Notes: a model not told the origin generated them from the sequence alone. Shown: positions 48,332 through 62,635, numbered from the whole stretch's first letter. The stretch: 62,846 nucleotides of DNA, filler included, from Choristocarpus tenellus KU-1152 (GCA_964200185.2; 13 parts of 13 records of this genome joined end to end with filler, not necessarily neighbours in it), one strand, 5' to 3'. Numbers and translations are program-made.

Positions 48332-51300
48332 CAGTGATGTTGATGTTATTGCCTGTTTTACGCACTACTAGCAGTCGTCAGTATGCTACGTGCATGGGGG
48401 GCATGAGACAGGCAATAATCAAATGATACTTGGTACCTTAGGGAAGCTGTGCTTTAGAAAGAGTGAATATATCCTCAGATTAGGCTAGATGCAGACAGAT
48501 TTCTCCAAGGAAACAATATTGTTTTTGGACCTAGAAGGAGTTACGTATTTTTTTCTTCTTTCCCACCACGCGATCTGAGTGATTGATGATATCTATTGCT
48601 GTCACTGGTGACAATCAACTGTGGTAAGCGTGAAACACGTATTCTTAGTTCATGCTGGGGGGCATGTTACAGGCAAATAGCGTGAGCATTTCTCCTTGTG
48701 TTCTAGCAAGCGCGAGCATTATACGAGATTTATAGCAAACAGGTGATGTTATGGAATAAATGCTGATTTCTTAGAAGTTGCAGGAAAGATTTGTAATATG
48801 CAATGGCTGGCAGATGTCTTTCAACTTGTAGTCTGTAGAATTTGGGTGCATGGTGCGAATAAGAATACTTTGACTGCCACCAAAGTACGTCTTGATTCAA
48901 TATTTATTTCTCTATTAAACATTAAGTCAAGCTTTGGGCTAAGCACTAAGTGAAGCATCAAGAGAAGAGTGACTGACACCCGCATGTGACTGTCAACTGT
49001 GGAAATACCCCCGTAGCATCGTTTTAAGGTCGTTGGGTTAGAGCTACACATGCTGTGGAGGTAAGTCCTGGAGAGCGTTGTGACATGTGATTGAGAATCA
49101 ACCGTCAAGATAGGTCTGACCTTGACCCAGTTGACCTTTCCCCATCTGATCAAAGCGCCTTATTCATTGACCGACTTAGGTATTGTGCTTTCAATATTGG
49201 TGTCTTGCCGTCAATCCTTGGAATTTCCCGTCCGAATCCTCAACGGTACGAGAACTTTGCAATGCTCATTGATCCTGCTGTCAGTCAAGTGTCAGCTATG
49301 CCGAGACTCGACCGAGGATCGTTTGCTCACATAGTGACGTCCAGTATATCGGTGGAAAAGTTGGATACCTTACGCATGACAGACACCTACGATTTGCCGA
49401 CATGGGATCATTACTGACTGTAGTGAAAAATCTCCCCGCCGAAAATAGACAATTGATGGCAAAAAGACGTACCCCAATTCCTGAGAAAACCCCCCGTCCA
49501 CTGACTACGATGCTGCCTGAGTCCCACAATTCCCGTCCGACTTGTGAGTTTGAAGGATACCAAGCGCGATCACACCAGGGGCATGATACGGATGAATATT
49601 AGGTTTAACCCTGAGGGCAATAACTATCGTCCTCGAAGGAAATTTCGGGAACAGTATGCTTGACGGGATCGACATGGGTTTCAAACTGAACAGTCATTAG
49701 ATCGTTTGGTGTCAGCACTTACTGCTTGCCTGACGACCTGATTGCTTCCAATCCCTTCGAGTTCAAACACCGACCAAGACGATAGCCAACCTGGCGAGAA
49801 ACGCATGAGGACTAGTCAGAAATAGGGGTGCCTTACAGGGTCCGTTACCCTGGAACTTGTAGGGTTAGAAAATCAGAGTATACCTAGGGACTTGTTGTTT
49901 AGTGCAGACTCACATGTGGAAGCGATAGCACCTAAGACACAACGTTTATAGCTTTTGAGGTCTGCAACCCAAAAATTGCCTCAAGCAGGACATGTAACAA
50001 CTGTTGCGTCTGCTCTTTCTTGCTCCTCACAACCTCTTTTGGGCGTGGGTGAAGTTTCTTTTACATCTGAAATGTGTTGTTCCACTTTTTCATACTTTTG
50101 GCGCACATCAGCAATCCAACATTATTCTAACTCCCCTCGCGTGCTCAATGTTACATCTTGCCGGGTACGTATTCCTGGGTATGTAGATAATGAACCTTTA
50201 ATGAACATTACTGTTGATACTGCTACTGACATTCCAGCAATATCAATCAGATACATTGAAGCCCACCCAACACTTTGCAAGGCATCCATTTGGGAGATTC
50301 CAGCAGGCGCTCTGAATTCGAAAGGAGCGGGTGGTAGACCTTTATCTGTTCGGGGTTTCATTCAATTTACACTACAACATGGTGACATATCAATGCTGGT
50401 CCAAGTAGTTGTCATACCTAATTTGGGAGTAGATGCAATTTTATTGGATGACGGCATCATGTCGGCATTTGGGGCAGTGCTAGATTAGGATAGAGAGGAA
50501 ATGTCGTTTAAAGACAGTGATACATGCATTCCAGCAACTCACAAAATTATAGCTCTTCCNNNNNNNNNNCCCATCTGTTCCCTCTGAAGATATGTTTGCC
50601 AGACCGAAAATGCATGACCTCATATGTCAATTTCGGCGATCACATCTGAGTTTACTACACCAGTACATAGAGTGAAAAAGATATACACCTTCCCCCTGGC
50701 ACAGAAACGCTTGTCCCAGTTTGTTCTCAGGCACTCTGAGGAATAGGTACTGATGCAGTGGTGGAACCTACCATTTATACTGGTACAGGCCTTCAGGAAA
50801 AGGACGACATACACCCCCACTTGCAACATATTATGGTCAGTCGAACCCTCAGTGGTTGGGACGAAGATGGGGAATGTTCAGTCAAAATTGCCAATCTTTC
50901 TCAAAATGGGATCAATTTACCAGCAAATGTTGTAGTTGGTCATATCTCCCCTGTATCAACCACATTTTCTATTTTAGATGTCTCCATAAGTACAGTTGCA
51001 GCCACACCCTCTACTCCCAAAGAATTGAAAACGAGCTAGGGATGAATTGAAGACGGTCTTTTCTAAAAAGGCTTTTTGTGGAAAGCATGTTTGTCTGTTA
51101 TTATACCGTTGTTGCCGTATGCCATATACCGTTATACTGTGGTACCGAGTGAGGTTCCCAGTCAAGAGTCCATGATTTCACTGACGGACGTTTTTCCATT
51201 GTGCCGCCACAGAATCACACGATTCACATTTTGCGAATACATAACTGACACTGACTGAACAAGAGGAATTACTAGATATTGTGTCTAATTTTAGACCAGT

Positions 51301-52601
51301 CTTTTCGTTACCTGAAAATAAATTTGGTTGTTGTACCACAACTTCAGTTCATTTTCCACGACAACCAGGCACTAAACTGGTCAGTAAACCACCATATCGC
51401 GCATCACCAATAATATGCAACACTACTCGCCGATGTGTAACGGATATGGAAAAACAGGGCATTGTAAAACCCTCATCTAGTCCATGGGCATCCCCTGTTA
51501 CCATTGTCGCAAAACCTGATGGATCACCTCGGTTCTGTGTGGGTTTTAGAGGAACCATTAATAAACATGTAATACATAATTCATGGCCTCTCTACCGTCC
51601 ATGGACGAGTGTTTATCTACCTTGGGGGGTTCAATATATTGATCTTGTCTACATATTCAATTAGCCTATTGCCAACTACCGATAGCTGAGAAATGAGAAC
51701 GACAAAAAACGGCATTCATCACGCCGGATGGGAAATATGAGTTTCAGAGGTTACCATTTGGAGTACAAAACGCACCGTGGATCTTCCAACGCTTTAGGTC
51801 TGAAACCTTTTCCACAATCGGTCCTACCTCTTTGAGTTATTGGTATATTGAGACGATATTGTTTTGACCTCTCCATCATGGACACACCATAAACAGTAAA
51901 CCACTACAGTACTGTCAAAGTTACAAACAGTAGAGGTTACGTTAACGCCATCCAAGGCTCAATTTGACTCCAAGCAAATCCATTATTTGGGATATGGTGT
52001 TAGCCCACAAGGAATAGCTGTATCTCACGCTCGTATTGAAGCTATTTTAGACATGCATTCCCCTCAATCGGTGAAAGGCTTACAATCTTAGGTTCTATTA
52101 ACTTTGTCAGGAAATATATTTGTCACCTACCAACAGCAACAGAACCGTTGGTTGAATTGATTCGCCACACACAAAAGGGTAGTAAAAAAAAATCACGCCT
52201 CACCAAAGAGATCACGGAAAGACCACAATGATATCTCATCTAGATGGAATCGAACGCAACAAACTGCTTTTGATGAGTGCAACGACTTTTAACCATGGCT
52301 CCAGTTCTACACTTTCCTGATGTTTCTAAGGAACTCTTTATTCATATAGATGCCAGTAACGTTGGGACAGGGTCGTTTTTAACCCATAGAAATGATGATG
52401 GCGATTTTGATATAATTGCATACCATAGTGCATTACTTCCCCCCCCTCCCAACGTAAATATTCTGCCACACAAAAATAGTGCCTTGCAGTTATTCTGGCA
52501 ATTCAATACTGGAGACCATACATTTGGGGTAAACACTTCACCGTTATTAGTGGTTATTCAGCCTTACGGTGGCTGCATATGATGCAAGACACATCCAATC
52601 T

Positions 52602-52860
52602 GAGTGATAGTATCTTAGAGGGTACGAGTTTTGTCCTGTTTGTCCATTTAAACCTTGGCTTCTCACAGGGTTTCTTATGACATTTTCCTACTCCAAAAGG
52701 TTTCGGAGTAGGTAAAATGTGTACGTTATGAAAATTTGTGTCCGGAACATGAATATTTACACTTCCTAACAAACACGATAGTCACAATCAAAATGAAATT
52801 GCAACATTGGCTTTTGGCCCCCAAATGGACGCGGCTCTACCCTCTAAGACACTTTGGCTC
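52602..52860. mobile_element. MITE family A in Gypsy RNase H, TSD TCT
   Basis: Removing the element and one TCT restores DTSNLLTRWALALQ. Confidence 0.92.
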
Positions 52861-53804
52861 TCTGTTAACTCGATGGGCCTTAGCTTTGCAAAGTTTTGAT
52901 TTTACCGTCCTTCATAAACCTGGCAGATTACACCTCGTCCCAGATATGCTGTCACGCCTTCAACTGGAAGAATTCTGTAAACATTAATCTGAAACAGCAC
53001 CCCTAATCCCGAAATACTGAAATGTGGGCACAGGAACCACTGGTGCACTTTCTCAAACAAGTAAGGTATACCCTGCCTATGAATTGTCTGTGGATCGATT
53101 AGGTGAAATTACTAAGGTGGCAAATGACTCCGAGCTCTTTGCTAGCTCCATCAATGTTTCTCCAGTAATTGATACTGAAGTTCTAATCAAAGCCCAACAT
53201 GATCAGTTTGGAGCATATTTTCAATACCTGGCAAACCTGAGTAAGGTAACATTACCCAATAAGGAAACGGCCTACACCATGTCATATTTTTCCACTCAGG
53301 AATGAGAGAATAAGCTTCTACTCTACCGATCTTAACCTGATCATCTTCGAAAAAATGGAGAATATCGTGATCAGTTAGTGGCCCCAACGGAGGTTCAGGG
53401 TTTAATTTTACATGCCCTATATGACCATAAAGTTTCAGGCCATCTTGCTTTCAAACACACGTTTGACCGAGTTCGAAATAGATTTTGGTGGACAACCTTA
53501 CATAAAGATGCGAGAAAGTGGTGTGAAACTTGCCAGTCATGTCAAAGACGGAAAACCTCTCACACTCTTACTCCACTACCTACAGGACATATGCCTGTAA
53601 TATGTCCATCTCAACGACTTGCTATTGACCTAGTTAAATATAAGACCATGTCAGACGGCGCAAAATATGTGTTCTCCGCTGTAGACCATCTTACAAGATT
53701 CGCAATCTTGGTTGGGATTGCAAATGGACAAGAACACACCGTGGGTAAGACTCTTGTCGATCGTATATTCTCTATCCTCGGTCCTCCTGAAACACTCCAC
53801 TCTG

Positions 53805-54061
53805 GAGTGAAAGTATCTTAAAGGGTACGAGTTTTGCCCGGTTTGTCCATTTGGCGCTTGACTTACCTTGGAGTTTATACAACTTTTACCTACTCCAAAA
53901 TATTTAGGAGAAGGTAAAATGTATACACTATGAAAAGGTGGGTCCAGAACATGGATATTGACACTTCCTAACAAACACGATAGCCAAAAATACGTCAAAA
54001 TCACAACATTGATTTTGGCCCCCAAATGGACGCGTCTCTACCCTCTAAGTTACTTTGGCTC
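53805..54061. mobile_element. MITE family A in Gypsy integrase, TSD TCTG
   Basis: Removing the element and one TCTG restores TLHSD. Confidence 0.92.
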
Positions 54062-54075
54062 TCTGACTAAGGCAA

Positions 54076-54328
54076 AAGTGAAAGTATCTTATAGGGTACG
54101 AATTTTTCCCTGTTTGTCCATTTGGAACTTGGCTTCCCACAGGTTCTTAATGACATTTTATCTACTCCGATATATGTATACGTTATGGAAAGGAGTGTCC
54201 AGACAAGGATATGGACATCTCCTAACAAAACATGATAGTCAAAATTACATCACAATTACATCAAAATTGCAACATTGGATTTTGGACCCCAGATGGACGC
54301 GGTTCTACCCTCTGAGATACTTTGACTC
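54076..54328. mobile_element. MITE family A in Gypsy integrase, TSD CAA
   Basis: aagtgaaagtatcttatagggta...ccctctgagatactttgactc. Confidence 0.9.
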
Positions 54329-55636
54329 CAAATAGTATGAGAATGAACTCCTGGCGGAGTTGTGTAACGTGTATAGATATCATTAACCAAGACAACGACA
54401 TATTAACCGCAAGGCAACAGTATATGTGAATGTATTCATTCCACGACGCATAGTATGCTGGGCCATGTATTCAAATATGGACCAATCTGATTGGGTCTCA
54501 TTATTGCCCTTTGTACAGCTACCACACAATACGGCCTATAGTACCATTTTTCAGGAAATTCCATTTTTTCTCATGTTTGGAAGGTGCCCAATTTTACCAA
54601 TTATCTTATCTTGGAGGAGGTCCCTGAGGCCACCCCCATAACCGTACAAGAATACAGTACGTGTACGAGAACAGTGGAGAATTTACAGCTAGCTTACGAA
54701 TTAGCTCGGCGCAATATTGGTGAGATGGTTCTAAGAAACGGATCTAAGAACGTCAACCATAAACTCCCACTATATGGACCTGGAGATCAAGTGTGGCTTC
54801 ACAAAACCTCATACTTCAGGTGATGCACCAAACCCCCAAGTTGTTGTCCCCATGGAAAGGACCATATGAAGTGAAGGCACGTGTAACACCCATTGTTTAT
54901 CGCGTAAAACGCTTGGAAGACTGACGTGAAGTGATAGTTCATATGGCAAGACCTAAACCTTACATGGAAGGAACAGCCACCGAACCCGACATCGATGCCC
55001 TTAATTCACTCTTTTTAGGCTCGGGTATTACCTGAACCGAATCTTGATCAGGGGTCAAAGACACAGCCAACTATTGGGTCTTACGATGTAGAGGGCATTG
55101 TTGACCATAAGCGAGGTGTAGGAAGAAAAACCACTCACAATTATGTACACTGGCTTCGCTTTCAGGGATATTTATGGGCCAATCATGTATGGTGCACAAA
55201 ACTCCCTGAAATACCTTAATGTGCATGGATGATCGCAGCCTATAGGCAGGCCAACAAGTTAAACCTCCCTAATGTAAGAGCTACTACTGACTAAGCGACT
55301 TGTTGTAACAGTCATCCCACCTCTCGTTGCTCCACCTCCCCCCTCGAATTTTGTGCTGGACCTGGCTCGGCGTCACTCAGCAATATACTGTTGGACCCTG
55401 GTACCGTACCTCTTTTGGAACTTTCTTCCGCTTTTTGTTGTTGATATAGTGACCATTGAAGGTAGATATATAGTACAATAGAGAGGTGGAATGAAGTACT
55501 ATACATGTATTCCTTGTCACATGGATTCAGGATAATCAAAGACTAGATTTCCTTGACTATGTGACAAGTGAGGAAATATGGAGACCTCGTCTTCTACACG
55601 GAAAAAAATCCATGGAGATACCCGGTTGTTTGAAAA

Positions 55637-55898
55637 GAGTGAAATTATCTTAGAGGGTACGAGTTTTGCCCTGTTTGTCCATTTGGGGCTTTGCTTCCCA
55701 TGGGTTTTTTGTGATATTTTGCCTACTACTCCAAAATGTTACGGAGTAGGTAATATGTATATGTTATGAAATGGTGTGTCCGGAACAAGGATACTGTCAC
55801 TTCCTAACAAATACGACGGATAAAATTACATGGAAATTGCAACATTGGATTTTGGCCCCCAAATGGACGCGACCCTACCCTCTAAGATACTTTGACTC
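55637..55898. mobile_element. MITE family A, TSD AAAA
   Basis: gagtgaaattatcttagagggta...taccctctaagatactttgactc. Confidence 0.92.
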
Positions 55899-56056
55899 AA
55901 AAGGATAACCAACAATGCAGAGACTGAATCTTATTAAGGTCCCTTTTATTACAGTCCTCTCGTGAGGATTGAAACTCACGACCTTTTGTCCAAAATCCAT
56001 GGCGAGAACAGTTGTTCGAAAAGAGTAGCCAACAATTAGGAAATCGAATCTTGTCA

Positions 56057-56130
56057 CGGTCCCGGTGAGGATTGAAATCACGACCTCTCGATTAACAGTC
56101 GAACGCTCTAACCAGCTGAGCTACGGGATC
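56057..56130 (-). tRNA. tRNA-Asn(GTT), possibly a pseudogene
   Basis: gatcccgtagctcagctggttagagcgttcgactGTTaatcgagaggtcgtgatttcaatcctcaccgggaccg folds as a cloverleaf, with an A2-C71 mismatch and T in place of G53. Confidence 0.85.
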
Positions 56131-59100
56131 CTCTCTTGACGATAATATGATTACTAGCATTATTATTCCCATCATTGCATATCTGTCGGAACATTATTGC
56201 CCCGTCTTATGTCGAACGACAGTGAGTTGCGAGATCTCTTCGATTTTTCAGAATGTTTTCATGTGGTTACAGGGATTCTTGTCTATACACAGTGGTCAAG
56301 GGAGCATCTGTTTGTTTGGGATGTTTGGCTTGATTTGTAGTGGTTTGTTAGCACTATCTGACCCACTTTGTTAGCCACTCTCTATTCCCAGTCATTGTTC
56401 GTAGTGGGATGAAGTCCCTCTCCACAGGTGGCAGAGTATGGGATTTTTATTTTGCAATTAATTGTCCTGACACTCGAGATGGACAACAAACATGGGAGTT
56501 AGGATTGCCCCTATTTTCTCATTTCTAGGCTGTTCGCCAGTAACAGCCGATTTCAAAAATTGAGGATGGAGCTTTTCATTGAGGATGGACTTNNNNNNNN
56601 NNNNNNNNNNNNNNNNNNNNNNNNNNNNNNNNNNNNTTAATTAATTAANNNNNNNNNNNNNNNNNNNNNNNNNNNNNNNNNNNNNNNNNNNNGCCATCCA
56701 CGTTTCTTATTATGTAGTACCATATATTTATGTGCTAACCAAGGCGTTTTTTTTTTCATATTGTTGATAGACAGTCCTGGGGGCCTACTAGCCTCCTCAG
56801 AATCGTATGTAGTCGCTGATATTTGCATGTGGTTCAGGCACTTGCTTTATCAAACGATTTTTTTGCGCATTTTTACATGTCACCACCCATTTTGTTTTCA
56901 ATCATTTTCTAAAGTATATAAATATATTTCAATTGGGTTGGGGAGATGTTCTTGTTGTTTTCATATCTGCGGTTGATGTGTATGTACAGCAAGAGCTTGC
57001 AAGAAACTTTGCAAGGAACTCCAGTACCACAAGAGAGAGAGAGAGAGAGTCTCCCTGTTCAGGACTGCGGCACTACTTTAATTGATAAGTCACTTTGATT
57101 TGTCTCATTATTTTGCAAACACGGAAGAGCCAGCTATTTTGTTTGTTGCACCACTTGTCCAGGTGTGACAGAATGACGTAGACTTAGATGCTGCAATAGA
57201 GGGGATGCCTTTGGACAGTTTTAGTGCACTCTGAATGGCGCATTAATCATAGATGGGTGGTTTGACTTTGCAGTTTGCTTGAAACTATGATCTGTTTGAG
57301 TTTGGTCCAACAACGACCGCGATTTTTTTTTTTTTGAGGGTGCACCGTTGTATGTATATATGTATGTACATAATATGTGTACCTATGTTCTGCCAACTCA
57401 TAGTCATTCATGTGTTGTAGTGATGTTATTCTGCTCAAGAGTGGGTGCAAGATGATGTCAACCCCAAAGGGGGCAAGAGTCTGTGGGACTATCATTTTGT
57501 TGCCTTCGCCCAAGAAGAGCATGGCACAACCAGAGGCCTGGTGGATGAAGGTGAAGCTGCTTGTGCATTGTAGACCTTTCCACCTTTACTCTTTGAATGC
57601 TAAATCCTCTCCTCCCATCCCTCAACCCCTCCTCCATTGCCGCCTCAGATACACCATTCTCCTATTTTGGCGCTACCTGCACCATTATATCAACTGCTCC
57701 CCCCCTCCCAATTGCCCTTTTTTTTGGTATTGAACTTTAAGTGCCCTGAAGGAGCAGCTGCCCATTTTGTCCTCCGGGAAGCGTGCTTCATCACCTCTGT
57801 CCGCAGAGGCGTCTTCTATCCAGGCTGCAATTGCTGGACTAGAGGAGGGTGCTGCAGAGGTTGGGCCTCTACTTTATATACGTGATAGCCTTGCCCCGTG
57901 TGCACCTCTGTATCTCCTTTTTGTAGTTTTTGTTGTATTTTCTAGGCATTTGAAGAATTCACTTGGTCTCTTTTCTTGTTGAGCACTTTTCACACATTAC
58001 ATTTTAAAAAATCTTTTTTGTCAATATATTTATATAGATGTATTGAGGATTTTCATCTCAGAAAGAACGATCAGCTCTGTAATATAAAGTATTGGTGGTG
58101 TGAAGTAGAAATGCGCTCTGTTTGTGCTCACCAGAAGATTGGAGATTGATTATGATAATGACCTTGGTCCATGATTTTTTGGGGGGGCTTTTACCTGAAA
58201 CAGCTATGTTTTGTCATTGAATAATATTAATTAACTTTTCAAGGTCGGAATCCTTCGTTGTTGTACTACTTTTATCTTTAAGAAAGAACATGACACCTGG
58301 TTAAGAAAACACAAGAGTAAACTCAAGCCCTGCCCTGTTTCTGATGAAAAACCTCTTAAAAAAGAGTTGCTTCAGATACTGTGGCATTTTCACGTTTATG
58401 TGCCTACATCTTGGGTGATGTTTGAAGTACCCGTTTCTAGGTTCTTTTGTGTAGTTATTTACTTCTACTTATTTTTATTCTTTTTTTTCTTGTACGTAAG
58501 CCTGTTACGCTCATATTTTTGGTAACTATTTCAAATTTATGATGCTGGTCGTATTTATTTTTTTCATTAGCCTCTTTTTTGTGTTTTGCGGTGCAACCTG
58601 TGCTTTTCACCGCAAAACACAAAAAAGAGAGAGAAGTCTTTTTTTTTGTGAGATAGTTTGACTCAAGGTATATATTTCTTATTTTCATTTTTCCTGATAC
58701 CCCTCTGGAACGCTCCCCTTAAAGCAGTATATCTTTGCTTCATGTTTTCTTTTTATCCAGTCAAACCATATATTTTTTTCTGTAAGAAATAGAATCGCTC
58801 AACAGTTTGTTGTCATCTGTCGTAACATTTTTTTATTATTTAATGGAATGTTTTCTATTTTTTCAACACAATAAAAACGTATTTCTCCCGAGCCTCTGAA
58901 GAAAGGAAACCCCTTGGGTTTATCTATTTGGTTTTCAGTGATTCAAAGTATGAACCAGAGGAGCCTGCTGCTATCCAATGGTGCGACTTTTCTTTTCTTA
59001 CTTGCCATGCATGAGCGTTTGGGCGATGTGACGGCAGCAGGAATTTTCCGGGATAAAATATGTAGGATATGTGTTGTTTCTTTTCAAATCAAGACGGTAG

Positions 59101-61689
59101 ACATCAAGAGCAATGTTCTTATATATTATTGTTCAACTCTTTCATACAAATTTAATGGAGTCATGTACATAATATTTATTTGACTTATTAGGTTAGGCAA
59201 ATTTCACTGCCCTCTTACTGTTTTTTACTAATATATTTATATATATATATATATATATGCTTCTTTTTTTTCAAGACACATCTCATGTTACTATTAATCC
59301 TGTTGTAAAAGTAGTCATTATCTTTACGTTCTTCTCTCAGATAAGGTTTGTTTTGATATATCGTTTTGTTTTGTTTTCTCGCATTTTTTTTCTTTTTGAT
59401 TGCCCGGTGGCACTCCTAAAACCACGCGAAGCGGGTGGCATTTCATTAATTAATTATTATTATTTGTAGTAGTACTGTGCAGTGTATTGATTTGACAGAC
59501 CACATTATGTACCTTTTGTATGTATCTTTTTTTTTGTCACCTTCCAAATACACCCTTCACACTTTGAAACACACCTCGGACGATCCGGCCCACTCACCAT
59601 TTCCCCCCCCCCCCCCCCCCCCCCCCCCGGGTGCCCTCCCCTCACACCCATCTTNNNNNNNNNNNNNNNNNNNNNNNNNNNNNNNNNNNNNNNNNNNNTT
59701 AATTAATTAANNNNNNNNNNNNNNNNNNNNNNNNNNNNNNNNNNNNNNNNNNNNGTGAACAAAATCCTGTAACCCATTGTGCTACATACGTTAAGGGACC
59801 TGGTTCTGTGTGATGGGGGGGGGGTAAGGAGAACCACCAGAGATGGGGTTCAGAAAGGAAGTCAGAGATAAGACTGAGGCATGTTGAGTGTATGTTGACA
59901 GCCTTAGAGGGCCGTGTCGATCAATATCAAATGTGATTGGTTGCGACCTCCACTGCCCGCCGAACAAGGTGACGATCCCATTTATCCCTTTGCAATATAG
60001 AAACAAGGCTGGAAAATGCGCATCTCGTAGACCACACAGATTTAAATTCTGTACATATTTCTATGTTATCACATTTCGCAAAAGTAGAGGCTACTACAAA
60101 CCAAATCTCCCCTGGTTCCACATTGTTCTGTCACTTGAATCTTCAATCCTCAGGTAGTATACAAAAGTCATACCATAGGAAACAGGTAGGATAACCCTTC
60201 TGTTTAATAGAAGCAATTTGAGCCAAATCAATTGGGAGGTAGACAGGGTTGCATTTTATGGATCCCAAGAAAGGGCAAAAAGACTTCATTTTATACAATT
60301 GCAGAAAGTCTCTTTGCTGATTTGTGGTGTCACTTTGTTTATGGAACGGGGGAGTATCAATTTTGCAGTACACTATTTGTGCAATTTAAGCAATGAAACA
60401 GAATGTATCGGATGGGGTGAGAGAGATGACTTAGAATGCAAAAGGGTGCAACCTTGCCTACTTCTCAATTCGTTTGACTCTTTATATGGAGTGACCCCTT
60501 TTGTCCCTACCGATTCCCTGTCAACGAACGGACTGCTTACCTGATAGAACTCAACATGGCATACGTTCAATATACGTAAAGGCGAGGGGAAGTTCTTTTG
60601 TCTATCTTGCTTTTTATTATCGGTCGCTTCTTTACTGATGGATACTATTATACCATACCGTGTATTATTGTAAGCTCTATACTACTCAAATTTTTCATAA
60701 CCGTGATACTCAGCAACCCTGTGTGAATTTCTACATATCATTGGTTACATTACTTGGTTGCACAGCGTCACTGCCAGATACTAACCACTGCAGAGTGATT
60801 GATGGGTAAAGATAACCAGTGTTTTCACGGTGTAAATATATACTACGTACATTTAGACTCCTACTTAAGTATAGTAAAAAGCCGGGCAGCAGAGATTAAG
60901 GGGAGCAACAATGTACTCCTCTTCTTCCTACTTACTTCTGCAGAGTTACGTACAGTAAACCTCTTTGTAGACCTTCACGTATAGTCTAGTTTGTACTGTG
61001 CAACTCTTTCTCCTCTTACTGCTGCTTATTAACCTAGTCTTCCAGTTCTACGATGTAAGACAGAGTGATATACCTTGCGTTTCCTTTTGTTGTGTTAAAA
61101 TCCACAATAATACAGTTCCACAACGACTTGACTATACTGTCTTGGTTGTTGGTTGGGTGGCGTAGTAAGTCAACTTGTTATAGGCCAGTTGGAGTGAGGT
61201 TGTACAGAGATAAGCATATTTCTTTGTACCTTAATCACAGTAAGTAAAGATTTCTCGATAGTAATGTCATCGGGTGTAAGGAGTGTATGTACATTTGTGA
61301 GATGTGCACAAGATACTGACGGTGGTACTGTGTGAAAGACTGTCACACCTTGTCAGCCTTGATAACGTCACCACACTGATTATACATACATATATGTGCT
61401 TCCCCCATGTCTGAGAGGTGGGGAAAATGTCGCTGAGGACGGACTCAGTCTGAAGAGGAGTATGTTCCTGTTTGATGTTTTGAAGGTCTTCATTATCTCA
61501 AAGTCACAAGCTGCATGACCAGAACTTCGGTAGGGTCGTAAGGCTGGACGATTTGGAGTACATGGTGACAAAGAACTCAAGAAGGGGGGAGCACAAAGAC
61601 TGAGGTTAAGAGAAGAACTCAAGAACTTGTGCAGTAAAAGTCTTAACCATCCAACACTCACTCACTAACACCCACAAAATGTCCCACTT

Positions 61690-61950
61690 GAGTCAAAGTA
61701 TCTTAGAGGGTAGAACCGTGTCCGTTTGGGAGTCAAAATCCAATGTTGCGATTTTGATGTAATTTTGGCTATCGTGTTTGCAAGCAAGTGTCAGTATCCT
61801 TGTTCCAGACACACCTTTTTCATAACGTGTACATTTTTACCTACTCCTAAACATTTCAGAAGAGGAATTATCATTAAAAAAACCCTTGGGAAGCCAAGCC
61901 CCAAACGGACAAACAGGGCAAAATTCGTATCCTCTAAGATACTTTCACTT
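61690..61950. mobile_element. MITE family A, TSD CTT
   Basis: gagtcaaagtatcttagagggta...tcctctaagatactttcactt. Confidence 0.92.
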
Positions 61951-62635
61951 CTTACTGTTGTCCACACAAACGCGAAATCGCCATTCAGGGTTCTAGGAGG
62001 ACATGCTCTGAAAGACAGTTACAGAGACTCCTTGTACTCAACGCCCCTCTAGGATACCATGGCTCAGTGTGAGTTTGTACTTTCTGATCTTAAGGAGTGC
62101 TTTGCACAGCCTTCACACTCTGCTGGCATTACAGTGTCACGCATACAAGTATTCCGTATACGGAAAATCACTAGGTATAGAAAATATATGATCCCATTGT
62201 TTAAGGCATACAAGAATAAAAATAATTATAGCATATTTCGACAATAAAAAAGAAATGCAATTCTGTGTTGGGACAATAATATCGCTGTAGTCGTTTTCGT
62301 TCTCTAACAATGACCCATGTTTCGGATCACAACGGCCGAATATGCCTTGAAGTGGACAGACTTACCATACCAAGGTTGGTGAGAATCCGATTTGTGGCTT
62401 ATGGAGTCGAGTAGAGATAGTATCCTGAGTGCTTATCCGCACGCTTTGGTCTTGTCGTGTGTAGCAGTAACACTACCAAATCCTCACCTCACACTAGGCC
62501 ATTTTGTTTGAGATCTTATTGTTTCTCTACATGTGGTGCAGAACCTCTGCAGAATAGGTATCAGACGCAGCTCCTTGACTGATTAATACATGCCTCTGTT
62601 TCTTGGTCCAACAAAAATCCACACATACACCATCA

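Larger units (their letters stand above)
48903..55290 (+). mobile_element. Ty3/Gypsy retrotransposon, degenerate: LTR end, gag, protease, RT, RNase H, integrase, chromodomain
   Basis: Protease ITVDTAT; GIVKPSSSPWASPVTIVAKPDGSPRFCV; FIHIDASNVGTG; SGHLAF...RFWW...CQSCQRRK; LAIDL; TLHSD; WKGPYEV; YDVEGIVDHKRG. Many stops and three MITE insertions. Confidence 0.93.

Noticed and set aside
56693-62600. Candidate exons (about 57440-57550, 57781-57860, 59870-59988, 61400-61560)
   Set aside because: No phase-consistent chain or recognisable domain could be built by eye.
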